Numbered from the whole stretch's first letter, positions 49,215 to 62,859 are shown. The stretch: DNA of 63,425 nucleotides, filler included, from Blastocystis sp. subtype 4 (GCF_000743755.1; 32 parts of 32 records of this genome joined end to end with filler, not necessarily neighbours in it); one strand, 5' to 3'. Numbers and translations: made by a program. The notes: a model not told the origin generated them from the letters alone.

Positions 49215-49888
49215 TTCCATGATTCTCTTGCTGCTCAGATTGAGAGAAATCCATCTCCTATTGATATGTACTTCTATTCTGATTACAGGATTGTGAGATA
49301 TGTTGATGCTACTCTTGCTATTCCTCTCATTTCTCTTTCTGAATTCACTTATCCTTCTCGAATTGTGTTTGGAGATGGTTCTTTCAAAATGGAAGGATTG
49401 AATGATGTGATTCAGTGGATGATTGATAATCGTGATAAGGGATACTTCATGAATCTTGAATACTTGCAAGTGACTGGTCACAAAGCTGCTTCTTATGAGA
49501 CTTCAACAGTGTTGAGTCTATGATAGCTGTGATTGTTTCAAATCTTCATACAATGTGTACTGATAAGGAGAATTTCCCTAAATTGACTCAGATGAACTTC
49601 AACAGTAATACTTACAACGAGTTCAATGATGGATTCGATAGTGCTTTGAGAAGTGCTTGTAATCGATCTGAGACTGGAGTGAGTATTCGTGCTATGCAAG
49701 TATCAGTATCATATGATACAATGTGTTCAACTACGAATTCTGATAATCTGAGATGCTATGATATGAGTAATGATAAGGAAGTGAATCAGTGTTGTTTCAC
49801 TTGGAACTGGGAGATGGATGATAGATTGAACACTTATGGTGATGATCCTTATCCTAATGAGAATACTGAACCTTGTAATAATCAGTAA
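49215..49888 (+). CDS. Hypothetical LRR-like protein, C-terminal part (frameshifted)
   Basis: LREIHL, LEYLQV, FPKLTQMNF motifs. Confidence 0.4.
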
Positions 49889-50109
49889 CAGAGTGGAAAT
49901 AATCATATTTGAAATCATATTCATGCTGAAGCTATACAATGATTACACTGCTGAGTTTGCTGTAGTGAATAGAGTTTGAATGCTGATAACTGATGTTTAA
50001 CAAAGAGTGGTTAAAGATAATGACTGTGACTACGAATGTAACTCTCTAAACCAGCTGCATCTAATTGTTATTACTATCATTCATTCTCACTTGTTGCAAC
50101 AAGACTCCT

Positions 50110-50923
50110 TGTATAATAGAAGGGATTACCATTTAAGTGAATGTTGTTTGAATTCAATAGAGGCACATCTCTAATTCAATTCATGTCAATCAAATACTCT
50201 CCAATATCACATTATTCATGTTAAAGAAGTTGTTATAATTACCAGATAGATAAGATAATGAAGGCAAATCTTATAATCAATCCAATCAATCCACTACTCT
50301 TCATTATCAGACCATCATTAGTACCATATGATCCCTCTAGAGCATAATGACCCAATTCAATAGATTTGAGTTTAGGAAGATCTATCTCATCATCAATTCT
50401 ATATCCTCACTCTCAAATCGAATTGAAGAAGGATTCATTAATGACTGGTAACTAATACTCACACTCTCCAATTGATTCAATCCACTTATCTTAACTCGTT
50501 TCACATCCCAGAAACACCATCTTCCAACATCAAGAGTCTTAAGATTCTTGTATCGACTCAAATCAAATGATCTCACCCATGGCGAATTACGACAGCTACC
50601 ACCGTATATCCTGAGATTCTTCACTTTCCAACTCCACCATATTGGTATATGTTCCCATTCCCAACAATTGTGAATCACAACATCACTGTTGATAGCGATT
50701 CGAATACCCATATAAGTGTAACTCACTATCTTGTAGAATGGGACAATCCAAAACAACAATCCAAACCAGAATCGTTTGCATTTCGATTTTGAATTCCACC
50801 AATCATGAAATCGATCATCTAATTGACCTCTCATACTCCATCTACTTCCACATCTTCTCTTCTTTCCACTCTCGAAATCAATCACTACCTTTCCATCTTT
50901 CAAGTATCCATTCTTCCATTCTC
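50110..50923 (-). CDS. Membrane-anchored LRR protein, spliced, partial
   Basis: TM segment, FDLSRYKNLKTLDVG, ISGLNQLESV; paralog of 52820-53670. Confidence 0.65.
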
Positions 50924-51147
50924 NNNNNNNNNNNNNNNNNNNNNNNNNNNNNNNNNNNNNNNNNNNNTTAATTAATTAANNNNNNNNNNNNNNNNNNNNN
51001 NNNNNNNNNNNNNNNNNNNNNNNAGGCTACTAACAGATCAACAGAAGTACATAGAACATTTGCACAATCAGCAAGAGGAAAGTAATTCGTCATATGAAGT
51101 TGAGAATGAAACCTGCTTTCAACAAACAAATCTTTAAATCCTAATCC

Positions 51148-52389
51148 TTATGATACGCACTTTCTATGCACAATTTCAGCACCGGATTCATCATATTCAT
51201 CCTTCGTAATCCACATATCCTGGAAGGAGGAAAGCTGGGCAAGCATACCTCCTCCAATCCACACCATATACTTACGCTCAGGAGCAGCAATAATTCGCAC
51301 CTTGATACTTGAGGGCACCAAGGCAGTCAACTCCTTCTGCATACGTGCATCCATACCAGGGAAGAACGTAGTTCCTCCCGAAAGAACCACATTGTTATAA
51401 AGGTCACGACGAAGATCCACATCACACTTGGCAATAGTCTGATACACAGCATCATGAACACCATTACAGCTAAGCTCACGTCCAATTAAACTAGGATTGA
51501 AGAGTACCTCAGGAACACGGAATCGTTCACTGTTCACTTGGATCACATGGCCATCAGGCATCTCATAATCCTTCTCCAACTTACTGCTGCTCCGAGAATC
51601 CTTCAACTCCTTGTCGAAATCAAGAGCCACATAACAAAGTTTCTCCTTGATGTCACGAGCAATTTCCTTCTCAGAAGAAGAAGTCAGTGTCAGGCCACGC
51701 TCTGTTAACATTGTCTGCATGGTCTCCGTTAAATCACGACCAGCAAGATCCATACGCATGATGGAATGAGGCAGAGTGTATCCTTCGTAGATAGGAACAG
51801 TGTGCGATACACCATCACCCGAATCCATAACACAGCCAGTGGTTCGACCAGCAGCATAAAGGGCAAGGACAGCCTGAATCTGAATGTACATCGCAGGAAC
51901 ATTAAAAGTCTCGAACATAATCTGGGTCATACGCTCACGATTAGCCTTAGGATTTAAGGGTGCCTCTGTCAGGAGCACAGGATGCTCCTCAGGAGACACA
52001 CGGAGTTCGTTATAGAAAGTATGATGCCAAATCTTCTCCATATCATCCCAGTTGGTTACAATTCCGTGCTCAATAGGATACTTCAGAGACAAAATGCCTC
52101 TACGAGAGTTAATCTCGTCACCAACATAGTAATCCTTTGTATCTCCTGCCACATGAACTGTAGTTGACTTATGACGACCAATGATCGACTGGAAGACACA
52201 ACGAGGAGCATCATCTCCCGCAAAACCGGCCTTCACCATACCAGAACCGTTATCGATGACAAGAGCTAAGAGATGGTAAGAATCAGAATCTACAAACACA
52301 CCATTCCACACACTGTCTTCAACGTGTACACACCTTAATCACTTCTTCACTTTCACTTCTCCTTCACCATACTTACTTTGTCCAGACAT
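51148..52389 (-). CDS. Actin (divergent isoform)
   Basis: [45 protein letters not shown]; 5' exon MSGQ then GTAAGT intron. Confidence 0.95.
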
Positions 52390-52566
52390 TCTCTTAAGAA
52401 GAAACTATAATGGTAATAATGACAGACTTAACGGTTCATGAAACTCCCTATCTTCCATTTCTCATCACTAAATTATTTATCACCTCAATCCTTTTAGATG
52501 ATATAATAACCAATTAATGAGGCCCACATCTTCTATCAACAAACAGCTTTCAAAGAGTAGACTTCT

Positions 52567-52719
52567 TATGACCAGGCTTCAACAACATATCTTCCCTCAG
52601 TCTTGATGTCATTCAGCATATTTGTGGCTTCCTCCTCAGTCTTGTTGTATACTGTCATGAATGCCTTGCGAATGCTGGTTTCAATAGCAGTAGGAACGTT
52701 TCCAGCAGGTCCACAATAG
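52567..52719 (-). CDS. CPR-type diflavin reductase C-terminus (probably pyruvate:NADP+ oxidoreductase), copy 1
   Basis: YCGPAGNVPTAIE...GRYVVEAWS*. Confidence 0.7.
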
Positions 52720-52819
52720 NNNNNNNNNNNNNNNNNNNNNNNNNNNNNNNNNNNNNNNNNNNNTTAATTAATTAANNNNNNNNNNNNNNNNNNNNNNNNN
52801 NNNNNNNNNNNNNNNNNNN

Positions 52820-53670
52820 AGAATGGAAGAATGGATACTTGAAAGATGGAAAGGTAGTGATTGATTTCGAGAGTGGAAAGAAGAGAAGATGTGGAAGTAG
52901 ATGGAGTATGAGAGGTCGTGAGAATCGATTTCATAATTGGTGGAGTTCGAAATCGAAATGCAAACGATTCTGGTTTGGATTGTTGTTTTGGGTTGTGATG
53001 ATTCTCATTCTATCATTCCCATTCTACAAGATAGTGAGTTACACTTATATGAGTATTCGAATCGCTATCAACAGTGATGTGAGGATTCACAACTGTTGGG
53101 AATGGGAACATATGCCGATATGGTGGAGTTGGAAAGTGAAGAATCTCAGGATTAATGATTGTACTTGTTATTATACGCCTTGGGTGAGATCATTTGATTT
53201 GAGTCGATACAAGAATCTCAAGACTCTTGATGTTGGAGAATGGTGTTTTAGATATGTGAAACGAGTTAAGATAAGTGGATTGAATCAATTGGAGAGTGTG
53301 AGTATTAGTTACAGTTCATTAATGAATCCTTCTTCAATTCGATTTGAGAGTAAGGATAGAGAATTGATGACGAGATAGATCTTCCTAAACTCAAATCTAT
53401 TAAATTGGGTTATTATGCTCTATGTGGCTCATATGGTACTAATGATAATAGTCTGAGAATGAAGAGTAGTGGATTGATTGGATTGATAATCAGATTTGCC
53501 TTCATTATCTTATCTATATGGTAGTGACCATAATTTCTCTAACATGCATAATGTGATATTGGAGAGTATTTGAGTGAAATGAATTGAATTGGAGATGTAC
53601 CTCAGTTGAACTCAAACAACATTCATATGTACTATTATCCCTTCTATTATACCAGAAGTGTAGTAGCAAC
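52820..53670 (+). CDS. Membrane-anchored LRR protein, spliced, partial
   Basis: Near-identical paralog of 50110-50923. Confidence 0.65.
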
Positions 53671-54314
53671 AAGTGAGAATGAATGACTATGTATAACAAT
53701 CAGTTGCAGTTGGTTTAGAGAGTTACATTTGTAGGAGCAGTCGATATCTATAATTATTCTGAATCGTTCTTTGTTTTATCGAACTAATCAACAACGCAAC
53801 AGAATGAATAGAGGTCTGGCCCTTATGTTCGATTATGAGTCACTCCACATCTCCCTATCCTATCCAATATGATAGTCTCAGACCTCTCTATATACCACAA
53901 TCTACTCACTCTCCAATAGCACAGATAAGTGATATGGAATATTGAGTGACTACAATCATTCCATCACTCTTCATAGTAGAAGAAGAAAGAGTTGTAATCC
54001 TTTTGAAGGGAACATATAGTCTCACAATTCCAATACCCTCTCAAATTATACAATTCTAATGCTTGAGATATAAATCCCAAATAGGACAGAATTTGATTCC
54101 ATAAATAGCTATTCTTTCTGTCATCACGTTGGAATCTGAATTGTGAATCCTCTTTGTTCATTACGTGATTCTGATAGATGAGAAGAAATGCCGTGGATAG
54201 GTTTTGATCTCTATTGAGGAGAAAACAAATCAGAATCTCTTCTGAACTGGATCACTGAGTAGGATGTGAATGAATGAACTGATGAACAGAATATCTGAAC
54301 TGAAGGAATAGAGA

Positions 54315-54526
54315 ATGTTAAAGAGAGTGATTTGTAAACCTACAATTCATATGTTTAGTGTAAATGAATTGTAGAGAGGAATGATGAATAGCGTGCAATC
54401 AGTTGTGACTTGATGCCTGGAACAGTAGGACTTGGAGGTCGAATGTCTCAGAATCCGCTGAAAGTGACAATTTTCGGTGCTTCGACAGGTAGTCTGGGTC
54501 GCAGTGTTGTGTATGAGTTGGGTAGA
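54315..54526 (+). CDS. NDUFA9: Complex I 39-kDa subunit (NDUFA9-like), 5' fragment with targeting peptide
   Basis: Spliced MLKRVICKPTIHMFS-RAIS...GLGGRMS..VTIFGASTGSLGRSVVYELGR. Confidence 0.7.
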
Positions 54527-54626
54527 NNNNNNNNNNNNNNNNNNNNNNNNNNNNNNNNNNNNNNNNNNNNTTAATTAATTAANNNNNNNNNNNNNNNNNN
54601 NNNNNNNNNNNNNNNNNNNNNNNNNN

Positions 54627-55379
54627 TTCTTCCTCCTCTTCCTCCTCACCTTCTTCCTTCTGTGTCTTCTTAGAAGTCACTTCTTCTTCTTCATCACCTT
54701 CTTCCTTCTGTGTCTTCTTAGAAGTATCTTCCTCCTCTTCCTCCTCATCTTCTTCCTTCTGTGTCTTCTTAGAAGTCACTTCTTCTTCCTCTTCTTCTTC
54801 CTTTTGTGTCTTCTTAGGAGTATCTTCCTCCTCTTCCTCCTTCTGTGTCTTCTTAGGAGTATCTTCTTCTTCCTCCTCTTCCTCCTCACCTTCTTCTTTC
54901 TGTGTCTTCTTAGAAGTCACTTCTTCATGTACCCTCTTCCTTTTCTTAGGAATCTCTTTCTCATCCTCTTCTTCCCTCTTCACCTTCTTCACCTTCTTCA
55001 CCTTCTTCTTAGGAGTCTCTTCATCTTCTTCCTGTATCCTTGGAGTCTTCTTAAGAGATTTCTCCTCGTCCTTCTGTGCCTGTACCATCTTAGGAGTCTC
55101 TTCTTCTTCCTGCTGTATCTCCTTAGGAGATTCCTCTTCTTGATCCGTCACCTCTTCCAAAACAAGTTTCGAAACAGTATGATCCTCATCCTTAGCAGGC
55201 TGTGTCTTTTTCACTTTCCTTAGAGAGTAACCGGTAGAGAGTTTTGACGCTTTGGCAACTCCAACAGTATCTTCAGAAGACTGATCATCAACACTCATGG
55301 AATGACTCTTTCGCTTCTTCATACTTGCGAAAGGAACACTATCAACTACCGATTTCTTTTTAGACTTCCACTCAGACAT
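54627..55379 (-). CDS. K/E-rich low-complexity repeat protein (KKTQKEEE repeats), partial
   Basis: Long ORF with tandem (T)(S/P)KKTQKEE units. Confidence 0.6.
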
Positions 55380-56008
55380 AGTATCGACATTATCTACGCT
55401 TTACACAAACATCAACACCACTACTATCAGAAACATAAGCCACAGTATTCTTCGACTCTGACAAATAGGTTTGAACAGATTTTTTTGTCGATACAACAGA
55501 CTTCTTGTGAGAAGATAATCCCTTCTTTCCCCGCTTCACACTCAAACGTCTTTCTTCAATTTCTGAGCTATAGTCACTATTAAGATCACAATTTGACTTT
55601 ACTAAGAATAACAGTCCCACAAAACCCCTACACACAGATATGCTGTTAGAATTATCTCCATGCAGACTATGCACTTCGACATCTCTTTCTACTGTATCAT
55701 GACTCTTAGAAAGAGCGAAAAGGCAAAAAGCTATAACATCATCTATTCAACAATTTCGTGCTCATAATGGTTATATAAAGCACCAATCTTCTCATCTCAA
55801 AACTATGTACAGACTATTGAAACGAGCAATACACTGTATATAGGGATCTGTTTAGTGGTTCTTGATAATCAAAGGCTCCCATTCGGCAGTTATCGACACC
55901 TATACTTCATTCTTGCCAAGATGGTTAGAAACGATGAAATATTCATAATCTTTGTATATTTCATTCTATAGCATACGTTATATACTTTTATTATTAGACT
56001 AGTAACAG

Positions 56009-56082
56009 GCACGCATAGCCTAATTGGATAAGGCGCTTGCCTACGGAGCAAGAGATTGTGGGTTCAAGTCCCACTGTGTGCT
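56009..56082 (+). tRNA. tRNA-Arg (ACG)
   Basis: Acceptor stem GCACGCA/TGTGTGC, anticodon arm CTTGC-CTACGGA-GCAAG, T-loop GGTTCAAGTCC, oligo-T downstream. Confidence 0.95.
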
Positions 56083-56159
56083 TTTCTTTTCCTTTCATTA
56101 TCATACTGCTGACTAGGTTCCCAGTTATTCCAACAAACAGCTTTCAAAGAGTAGACTTC

Positions 56160-56313
56160 TTATGACCAGGCTTCAACAACATATCTTCCCTCAGTCTTGA
56201 TATCATTCAGCATGTTTGTGGCTTCCTCCTCAGTCTTGTTGTATACTGTCATGAATGCCTTGCGAATGCTGGTTTCAATAGCAGTAGGAACGTTTCCAGC
56301 AGGTCCACAATAG
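56160..56313 (-). CDS. CPR-type diflavin reductase C-terminus (probably PNO), copy 2
   Basis: Near-identical to 52567-52719. Confidence 0.7.
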
Positions 56314-56539
56314 NNNNNNNNNNNNNNNNNNNNNNNNNNNNNNNNNNNNNNNNNNNNTTAATTAATTAANNNNNNNNNNNNNNNNNNNNNNNNNNNNNNN
56401 NNNNNNNNNNNNNAGTTCTATTCATCAACGAATCTATCGAGTCACTCATTCTCCTGCTATTCATTTCAATCTCACAACAAGATCATGTAATCAGTTTTAG
56501 TTCTTTCCTTTTGTTTTTGAAATCTCTCATTATCATATT

Positions 56540-57630
56540 CATTTGATATGTTTCATTCATACATCATCTTCATTATTCACTTGATTTCATCTCTTCTTTT
56601 GTTTCATAGTCTCAAGTATTCATTCTCTATTCCTGTTCAGAGATAGTCTTCAATATGAAGAATCATTAATCTCAACTGATATTGGTTCAATCAGAAAACT
56701 CAATCAGAGTATTGTGTTGGGATTTGGATCAGGTCAAACAGCAAACAAGCTGTTTGGAGTTGTAAGTGCAATTGTAATGTCAATGATGTTGAACATTCCT
56801 ATTGCTTGTAAGCTAGTATCAACAAATGATCAATAGATGGACCTGATTATCGCTATGAGAGCTATCTTGATATTATTGATTGTAATGGAATAGTGAAACA
56901 ACATAGAAACTACACAGAGAACAGCATATTGTTGTCAATATCAAATGATTGTTTCTTTGAGAAGCATTCTGTAGTACAACAGATGATAAACCATGATTTG
57001 ATGTCTCTTCTTCCATCTGGTGATATTCCTGTCAGAACCAATTGTCCTTTCTTCAAGTGGTTAACATTGAATCCTCAGAATCGAAGAAGACTTGTTCAAT
57101 TGGGAATGTTGAATCACATGAATATGAGTGTTGATGAAATGCACCAACAGGTCATGTCAAGAATCCTTCAGAATCATATTCTCTTCAAACCAGTTGTTCA
57201 AGAGATAATCAGTGAGAATGAGAATACATTCAAGAGTTATTCCTTGTGTATACATATCCGAACTCAAGGTCCTAGCTTTCTTCGTTATGATGATCTACCA
57301 AATGTCATTCGATGTATTGATGATTATCATCTCAATACTTCCAATGTGTTTATATGTAGTGATAACTCTACAATCCAGTCAACTCTTGGGAATATGATTT
57401 CCAATACATCTAAGATATCTTATGAAAAGACAGATGGAAAGTGGAATTTCAACACTTTGAATAGAGATAGACAATCAGTATTGTTTGCAGAAATGAAACT
57501 CCTATCAATGTGTCAAACCTATTTAGGTACTTATCGTAGTACTTGGTCATATACGAATGCTCTCCTTAGTAATGGAAGGAGATTGTTTATTGGACACAAT
57601 GCTACTTGTTCCAATACTGTGTCATTTTGA
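56540..57630 (+). CDS. Fucosyltransferase-like protein (NodZ/GT23/O-FucT fold), spliced
   Basis: GQTANKL, LCIHIRT, VFICSDN, EMKLLSMC..GTYRSTWS motifs. Confidence 0.7.
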
Positions 57631-57738
57631 TTGGTTCTGGTGTTTGAAAGAATCATTGTTTGATTATTATCAAACAGATCCTTGATCAAAGAAGAAGAAT
57701 CTTTAGAATACAATAGTGAAATCAGGACAAGAAACAGA

Positions 57739-58093
57739 TTAGATCATAAACAAATGTGGATGATGAGATACAATCTTCTTCATATTCTCCTTTTGAGATT
57801 CAGAATACATTGTCATTGAATCATTCTTCACACCTGATTGTTTTGATGTGAATCTCTTGAAGTGACCAACTCTCAAATCCTCATAATGAATGAAAGTATC
57901 TCTTCCTCCACAACATGCATAATGAACAGTGATAATTCCATCAAATGATGAAAACACAACATTCTTCCTTCTTTGAGTTTTGTAGAGAAACACCTGGTAG
58001 TTGTATACATCGAATAGATCTCCTTTCACAAAGTGTTCTTCTCGATTCAAACAAGAATTGTTTCCATCTACCATAAATATGTTTGACATCTAC
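57739..58093 (-). CDS. GT92-like protein, last exon
   Basis: Paralog of 48630-48980 with a genomic TAA. Confidence 0.5.
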
Positions 58094-58193
58094 NNNNNNN
58101 NNNNNNNNNNNNNNNNNNNNNNNNNNNNNNNNNNNNNTTAATTAATTAANNNNNNNNNNNNNNNNNNNNNNNNNNNNNNNNNNNNNNNNNNNN

Positions 58194-58575
58194 ATCCTTC
58201 TGGTCCTGCTTATGATCTAGTATTTCAACAAGCACCTGATTTGCGTCGAATATTGGGATTTGATGAAATTCAGGCAAGTGGTGTTAAAGGAAAAGAACCA
58301 GTAGATGTATCAAATGGATTGAATTGTATTCGAATCTACAGTAATCTGATAAAGCAGATGATATCATTTGAAACAAGTCCATTAGTGGATTGTATGATTT
58401 ATTCAACAATGGGATTGAACAATATGTGTTCGTTTAGTCATTTGAACATGCCAGGAGTTTGTATGAGTGATTTGCGTTGGGTTCAGTTTGATGTGCATGA
58501 TCGTCATGGTGAAGTAGTATCAATCGCTCAGACATCTACATCAACATTCGGTTGAGTGTGAACGGAAAGGTTTAA
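58194..58575 (+). pseudogene. Penton-like C-terminal half, 1-bp frameshift near the end
   Basis: APDLRRILGF...PVDVSNGLNCIRIYSNLIK...QFDVHDRHGEVV. Confidence 0.65.
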
Positions 58576-58739
58576 GTTCTGTTTTACATAATCATGATTT
58601 TGTTAATGCACTTTTTATCTGTAAGTTGAGCAAGTGAATATGGTGAATTCACCAACGATTAATGGATTTCTCAAAGATCGACACCCAGACAATTCATCCT
58701 CCTTAACCTATTTGTTACCTCATAATATTCACCAATCGA

Positions 58740-59035
58740 ATTCGTGCTTACATTACTGATTCCATCCGCAGTTATAATGACACATTACTAATAACCATCT
58801 TCCGTGTTTCTATCCAGTTTTATAAACAACAAATTTGACTATATTTTTGGTCACACATTTGCGGTTGTTCGTCACCCTGTTAACTGTACTATCAATTAGG
58901 TCAGATGTTTGATTCTGCTTTGTTCACAGCCTTTGGACCATTTACATTACCATTTAGTTTCACCTTGTTGGCTTCAGCTCAAAGATGTGAAGTGCTTTGA
59001 GCCGCTGCCTCCGCAGAGCACACTGAGCTCAAGCC
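58740..59035 (+). mobile_element. Conserved non-coding module, copy 3
   Basis: Homologous to 16480-16760; hairpin GCTCAAAG..CTTTGAGC near 58977-59002. Confidence 0.6.
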
Positions 59036-59227
59036 TCTATTCATATCGTTAAGGATTCAAGAATAATCAACTCTCTTGTATCCTCTTTTTGTATCTTGTA
59101 CTCTCCCGCCAAATATGGTCCATAACCGTTACCACTGTAGAATATGATTTCAAACAGCAATTCTCCATTTTCGTCGTTATCTGGTTATTGTTTCCATTAC
59201 AGTCGAGTGATTCTTGTTGTTGTATAG

Positions 59228-59865
59228 ATGAGTGGATCAAACAGAACTCGTAATCTGTTTTTGGGTTTTATTACTGTCTTTTTGGATGATATGGGTTATT
59301 CCATTGTTGTTCCCATTCTTCCTTATTTTTCTGCATCACTAGGAGCTAGTTCTATGCAAGAGGGAGTGTTGTTTAGTGGGTATTGTTTTACCCAGATGAT
59401 TAGTATGTGTAAATCAGGCTGTTAGTATTAAGGTTATCTTATTATGGGAAGTGGAAGTGATCTGTATGGACGAAAACTCTTCTTCATTCTCTCTCTCATG
59501 GGTTCGTGCTTCGGTATGTGTTTTGTAAGTGAATAATGGTGTTAGGAGCTATCTTTCAGGGATTGTCAAAGAGTGTTTGGATGTTGATCTTTTGGCGTTG
59601 TTTAACTGGATTGTTTGCTGGTTCTCAGATTGTAACACAGGCGTATAAGCATATGTGACATATGAATGTGTAGTTTGATTGCTGATTGTACTTCTGTGGA
59701 GGATCGAAATAAGTTCCTTACGTATTTGGAAGCTGTAACTTCGGCTGCATTCATTATTGGTCCTGTGATTGGTGGTTTCTTGGGTTCAAAGAATTATTCA
59801 TTCCCTCTGTATTTCGCTGGAGGAGTTGCTGGTATTGCTTTGCTGTTCGCACTGTTTATGATGGA
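59228..59865 (+). CDS. MFS transporter, TetA/DHA1-like, spliced, 3'-truncated
   Basis: FLDDMGYSIVVPILP, GSGSDLYGRK, IADCT..DR, FIIGPVIGG. Confidence 0.88.
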
Positions 59866-59965
59866 NNNNNNNNNNNNNNNNNNNNNNNNNNNNNNNNNNN
59901 NNNNNNNNNTTAATTAATTAANNNNNNNNNNNNNNNNNNNNNNNNNNNNNNNNNNNNNNNNNNNN

Positions 59966-61661
59966 TCCAATATGAATTGAAATCAATTCATTCAGTCCAT
60001 TGACTATGAACTCAATTGGTGAACCAAAAGAGTCATCTCCAATAGTGACGGATTTGAGATGAGATAATGGAGACAGATTGAATGATAGAACAGTTGAATC
60101 CACTTGAGAATAATCCTCAAACGTCAGATCTTCAACTGATAATGGAATTGAACTGAGATCAATCACTTCACCTGTTGCTTTCACATAAACACTTCTGGAT
60201 GATATCAACTGAGCAAGACTAGATGCATCTACATCTGAATCAACAATACAATCATCAACTATTCACTTCAACAGTGTGAGTGTATTGGAAATGATAAGAA
60301 CCAGATACTTCAATATTGAGAGGTGATCGAACATCTATTGTTTGATAGTTTCAAATGTGATACTTTCTAACGTTACAAATCCCATATTCTCAAATATATC
60401 ACCACTCAATAGGCTTAGTGTCCTCAAAGATGGTAGATCTGATGATTAGAACTGTTAACATACATACTCCTCATGATAAGAGTATTCTTATAGTAATAGG
60501 GAATTACATCAGTCTTTGTAGAAGTCGAACCAACCAAGCACTGCTGTATATACAAAATTGTCAACTTAGGAAGATCTGATATGTTCAATTCCTATTATCA
60601 CATACTTTCAAATACTACATATTCTGGCCACCGGAAGGCATCATTTAATAGATGAATGCTCTCCAATGATGGCAAGTCTACAATCCATCTCTTCCATCAT
60701 TCATACCTCTGAATACTGCATTACGAGCATATCGAAAACAACCATTATAACTTATTCCAACAGATTTCAGTTGAGGCAATTGAGACAATTCAAATCCATT
60801 GTATCGACGAAATGAACGAGATCCAATACTCAAACTCTTCAATTGTGGACAATTCACAATCTTGAACTCACTGCCCTTCAGTAAAGAATCAGTACTACCA
60901 TCCCAAAAACAATCATAACCAATACTGACTGATTCAAGCCAATTGAGTCCCACTATCGAGAATATCTGAACATACTGGAAACAGAAATCACCAATCACAA
61001 CACTTCGAAGAAACTTGAATGAACTCAAATCAACCACATTAATGTTATTATCATGACATGAACTATAAGCTACAGTCAGTGCAGTTACATACAAAGGAAT
61101 ACTCAAATATGAATCCCAATTAGTCACTGTGTATCTAGTCATCAATCAACACTCAATTCCTCACGAATGACTCAATGAACTCAGACTATTCTCACCAATA
61201 ATCACTTCATTCAACAATTCATATTCAACACCTGTGATTGTCACAATNTCATTCAGAGAGTTCTTTCCAATCACTAATGACTTCAAATGAACAAATCGAC
61301 TCAGATCCAGAGAAGTGAAATTGACTTCATTACAACAATTGTCAGCAATTATCAACTTGCTTATTCCAACTGGAGCATTCAACACACTTGTCATGCTATT
61401 CGCTTCAAATGTCCAGTTAATCATAGTTGCTTCATTCATATCAACTTCATTCACTTCAACAAGACTGTTTTCACCCACTTCAATCAACTTCAATTCCCTA
61501 ACACCACATGTCAGTTAATCATAGTTGCTTCATTCATATCAACTTCATTCACTTCAACAAGGCTGTTTTCACCCACTTCAATCAACTTCAATTCACTAAC
61601 ACCACATGTTGTCACATTCTTCACATGATTCAGAGAGTTCTTTCCAATCACCAATGACTTC
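59966..61661 (-). pseudogene. LRR (BspA-like) repeat gene, internal fragment, disrupted
   Basis: LKSLVIGKNS, IGDFCF..IVGLNWLESV; 98-bp tandem duplication 61414-61609 introduces a stop. Confidence 0.6.
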
Positions 61662-61761
61662 NNNNNNNNNNNNNNNNNNNNNNNNNNNNNNNNNNNNNNN
61701 NNNNNTTAATTAATTAANNNNNNNNNNNNNNNNNNNNNNNNNNNNNNNNNNNNNNNNNNNN

Positions 61762-62540
61762 GATACTTCCTGCATCTGTCCATAACACTACTCCTTTGTA
61801 TTCAGTGATGACATCGAAAATGGTAATGATCTTCCATGAATAACCTCCTACAGAGAGAGGTTCAGTGATTCTACACCATTCTGGAAAATGATCAAAGTTG
61901 AATTTGCGATAATAGATGAGTGATTCACTTCCAATTTGTTTCCGAAGCAAGTGAATCTGAGTAATATTGGATAGTAGATACATCAATCCAGCTTCATAGA
62001 TTCCATAATCCACAATGACAAGAGGAGAATAAGGATTAGCTAACAATGTGGAATACAGTAGATTCACTAACGATAGAACATGATTCTGTGAAGCACCTGT
62101 CACAATTACATATTCATTATCAGGATGGAGAGATGGCTGAACAACTCCAAAGTTGACGAAAGAAGGAAATCCTTCTCTTGTCATATTGAAATCTACATAA
62201 CGATTCTCTTTCTTTCCAACAAGTTCATTGAATAGAATGGGATACTTGATATCATCATAATCATATTCTAGTGGTGATTATTCTTCATTGTCTCCACTAT
62301 TCACTGAAGTATTAACAAATAGAGATGATAAAGTAATATCTAGTTTCGTTTTCACTCCAACTCCTATCAACTGAATAGATGATGCTACTATTAAATGATA
62401 TGATGACTACTACATAATTGATATCTGGAGAGAAAGTAATTAAGATAGAGAATAAGAACTCTGATGAGATACAACATCATTTGATGATATTATTGAATCA
62501 CATAATGTTCAATGAGAATGGATTATTCTTCAAAATGGAT
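61762..62540 (-). CDS. DUF1647-like protein, N-terminal part
   Basis: VTGASQNH, YYRKFNF, GGYSWK; joins 22970-23557 through a 99-bp overlap. Confidence 0.7.
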
Positions 62541-62859
62541 AATGTTGTTGACGCCATAAGCCCTGCACTGGATAGGAGAGATAAACACTTCACAACTCCC
62601 TCACTATGATAGTAGTATTCATTCTTGATTCAATGATATCAGGATGATAAACATGACTAGATGATGACTAACAGAGTGATAGACATCATGTGTATGGTTG
62701 AGTGTATGAAGATGAAATGTGTGATTGTTGTTGAAGTGAGATTAGTTGATGAAGAGTATTATGAAGAGAGTGAAAGTGTTATTGTATGAATGTGATTGTT
62801 TGTTGAAAAAGAAGATGTTGTATTAGAGAATGGTAATGAAGTTGATAGTGTACAGTTGA

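Noticed and set aside
59228..59865. Bacterial tetracycline-resistance gene
   Set aside because: Contains spliceosomal introns; generic eukaryotic DHA1-type MFS with unknown substrate
61414..61609. 98-bp tandem duplication in an LRR gene as a regulatory switch
   Set aside because: Length is close to the assembly overlap size and near a contig end; may be an artefact or simple decay
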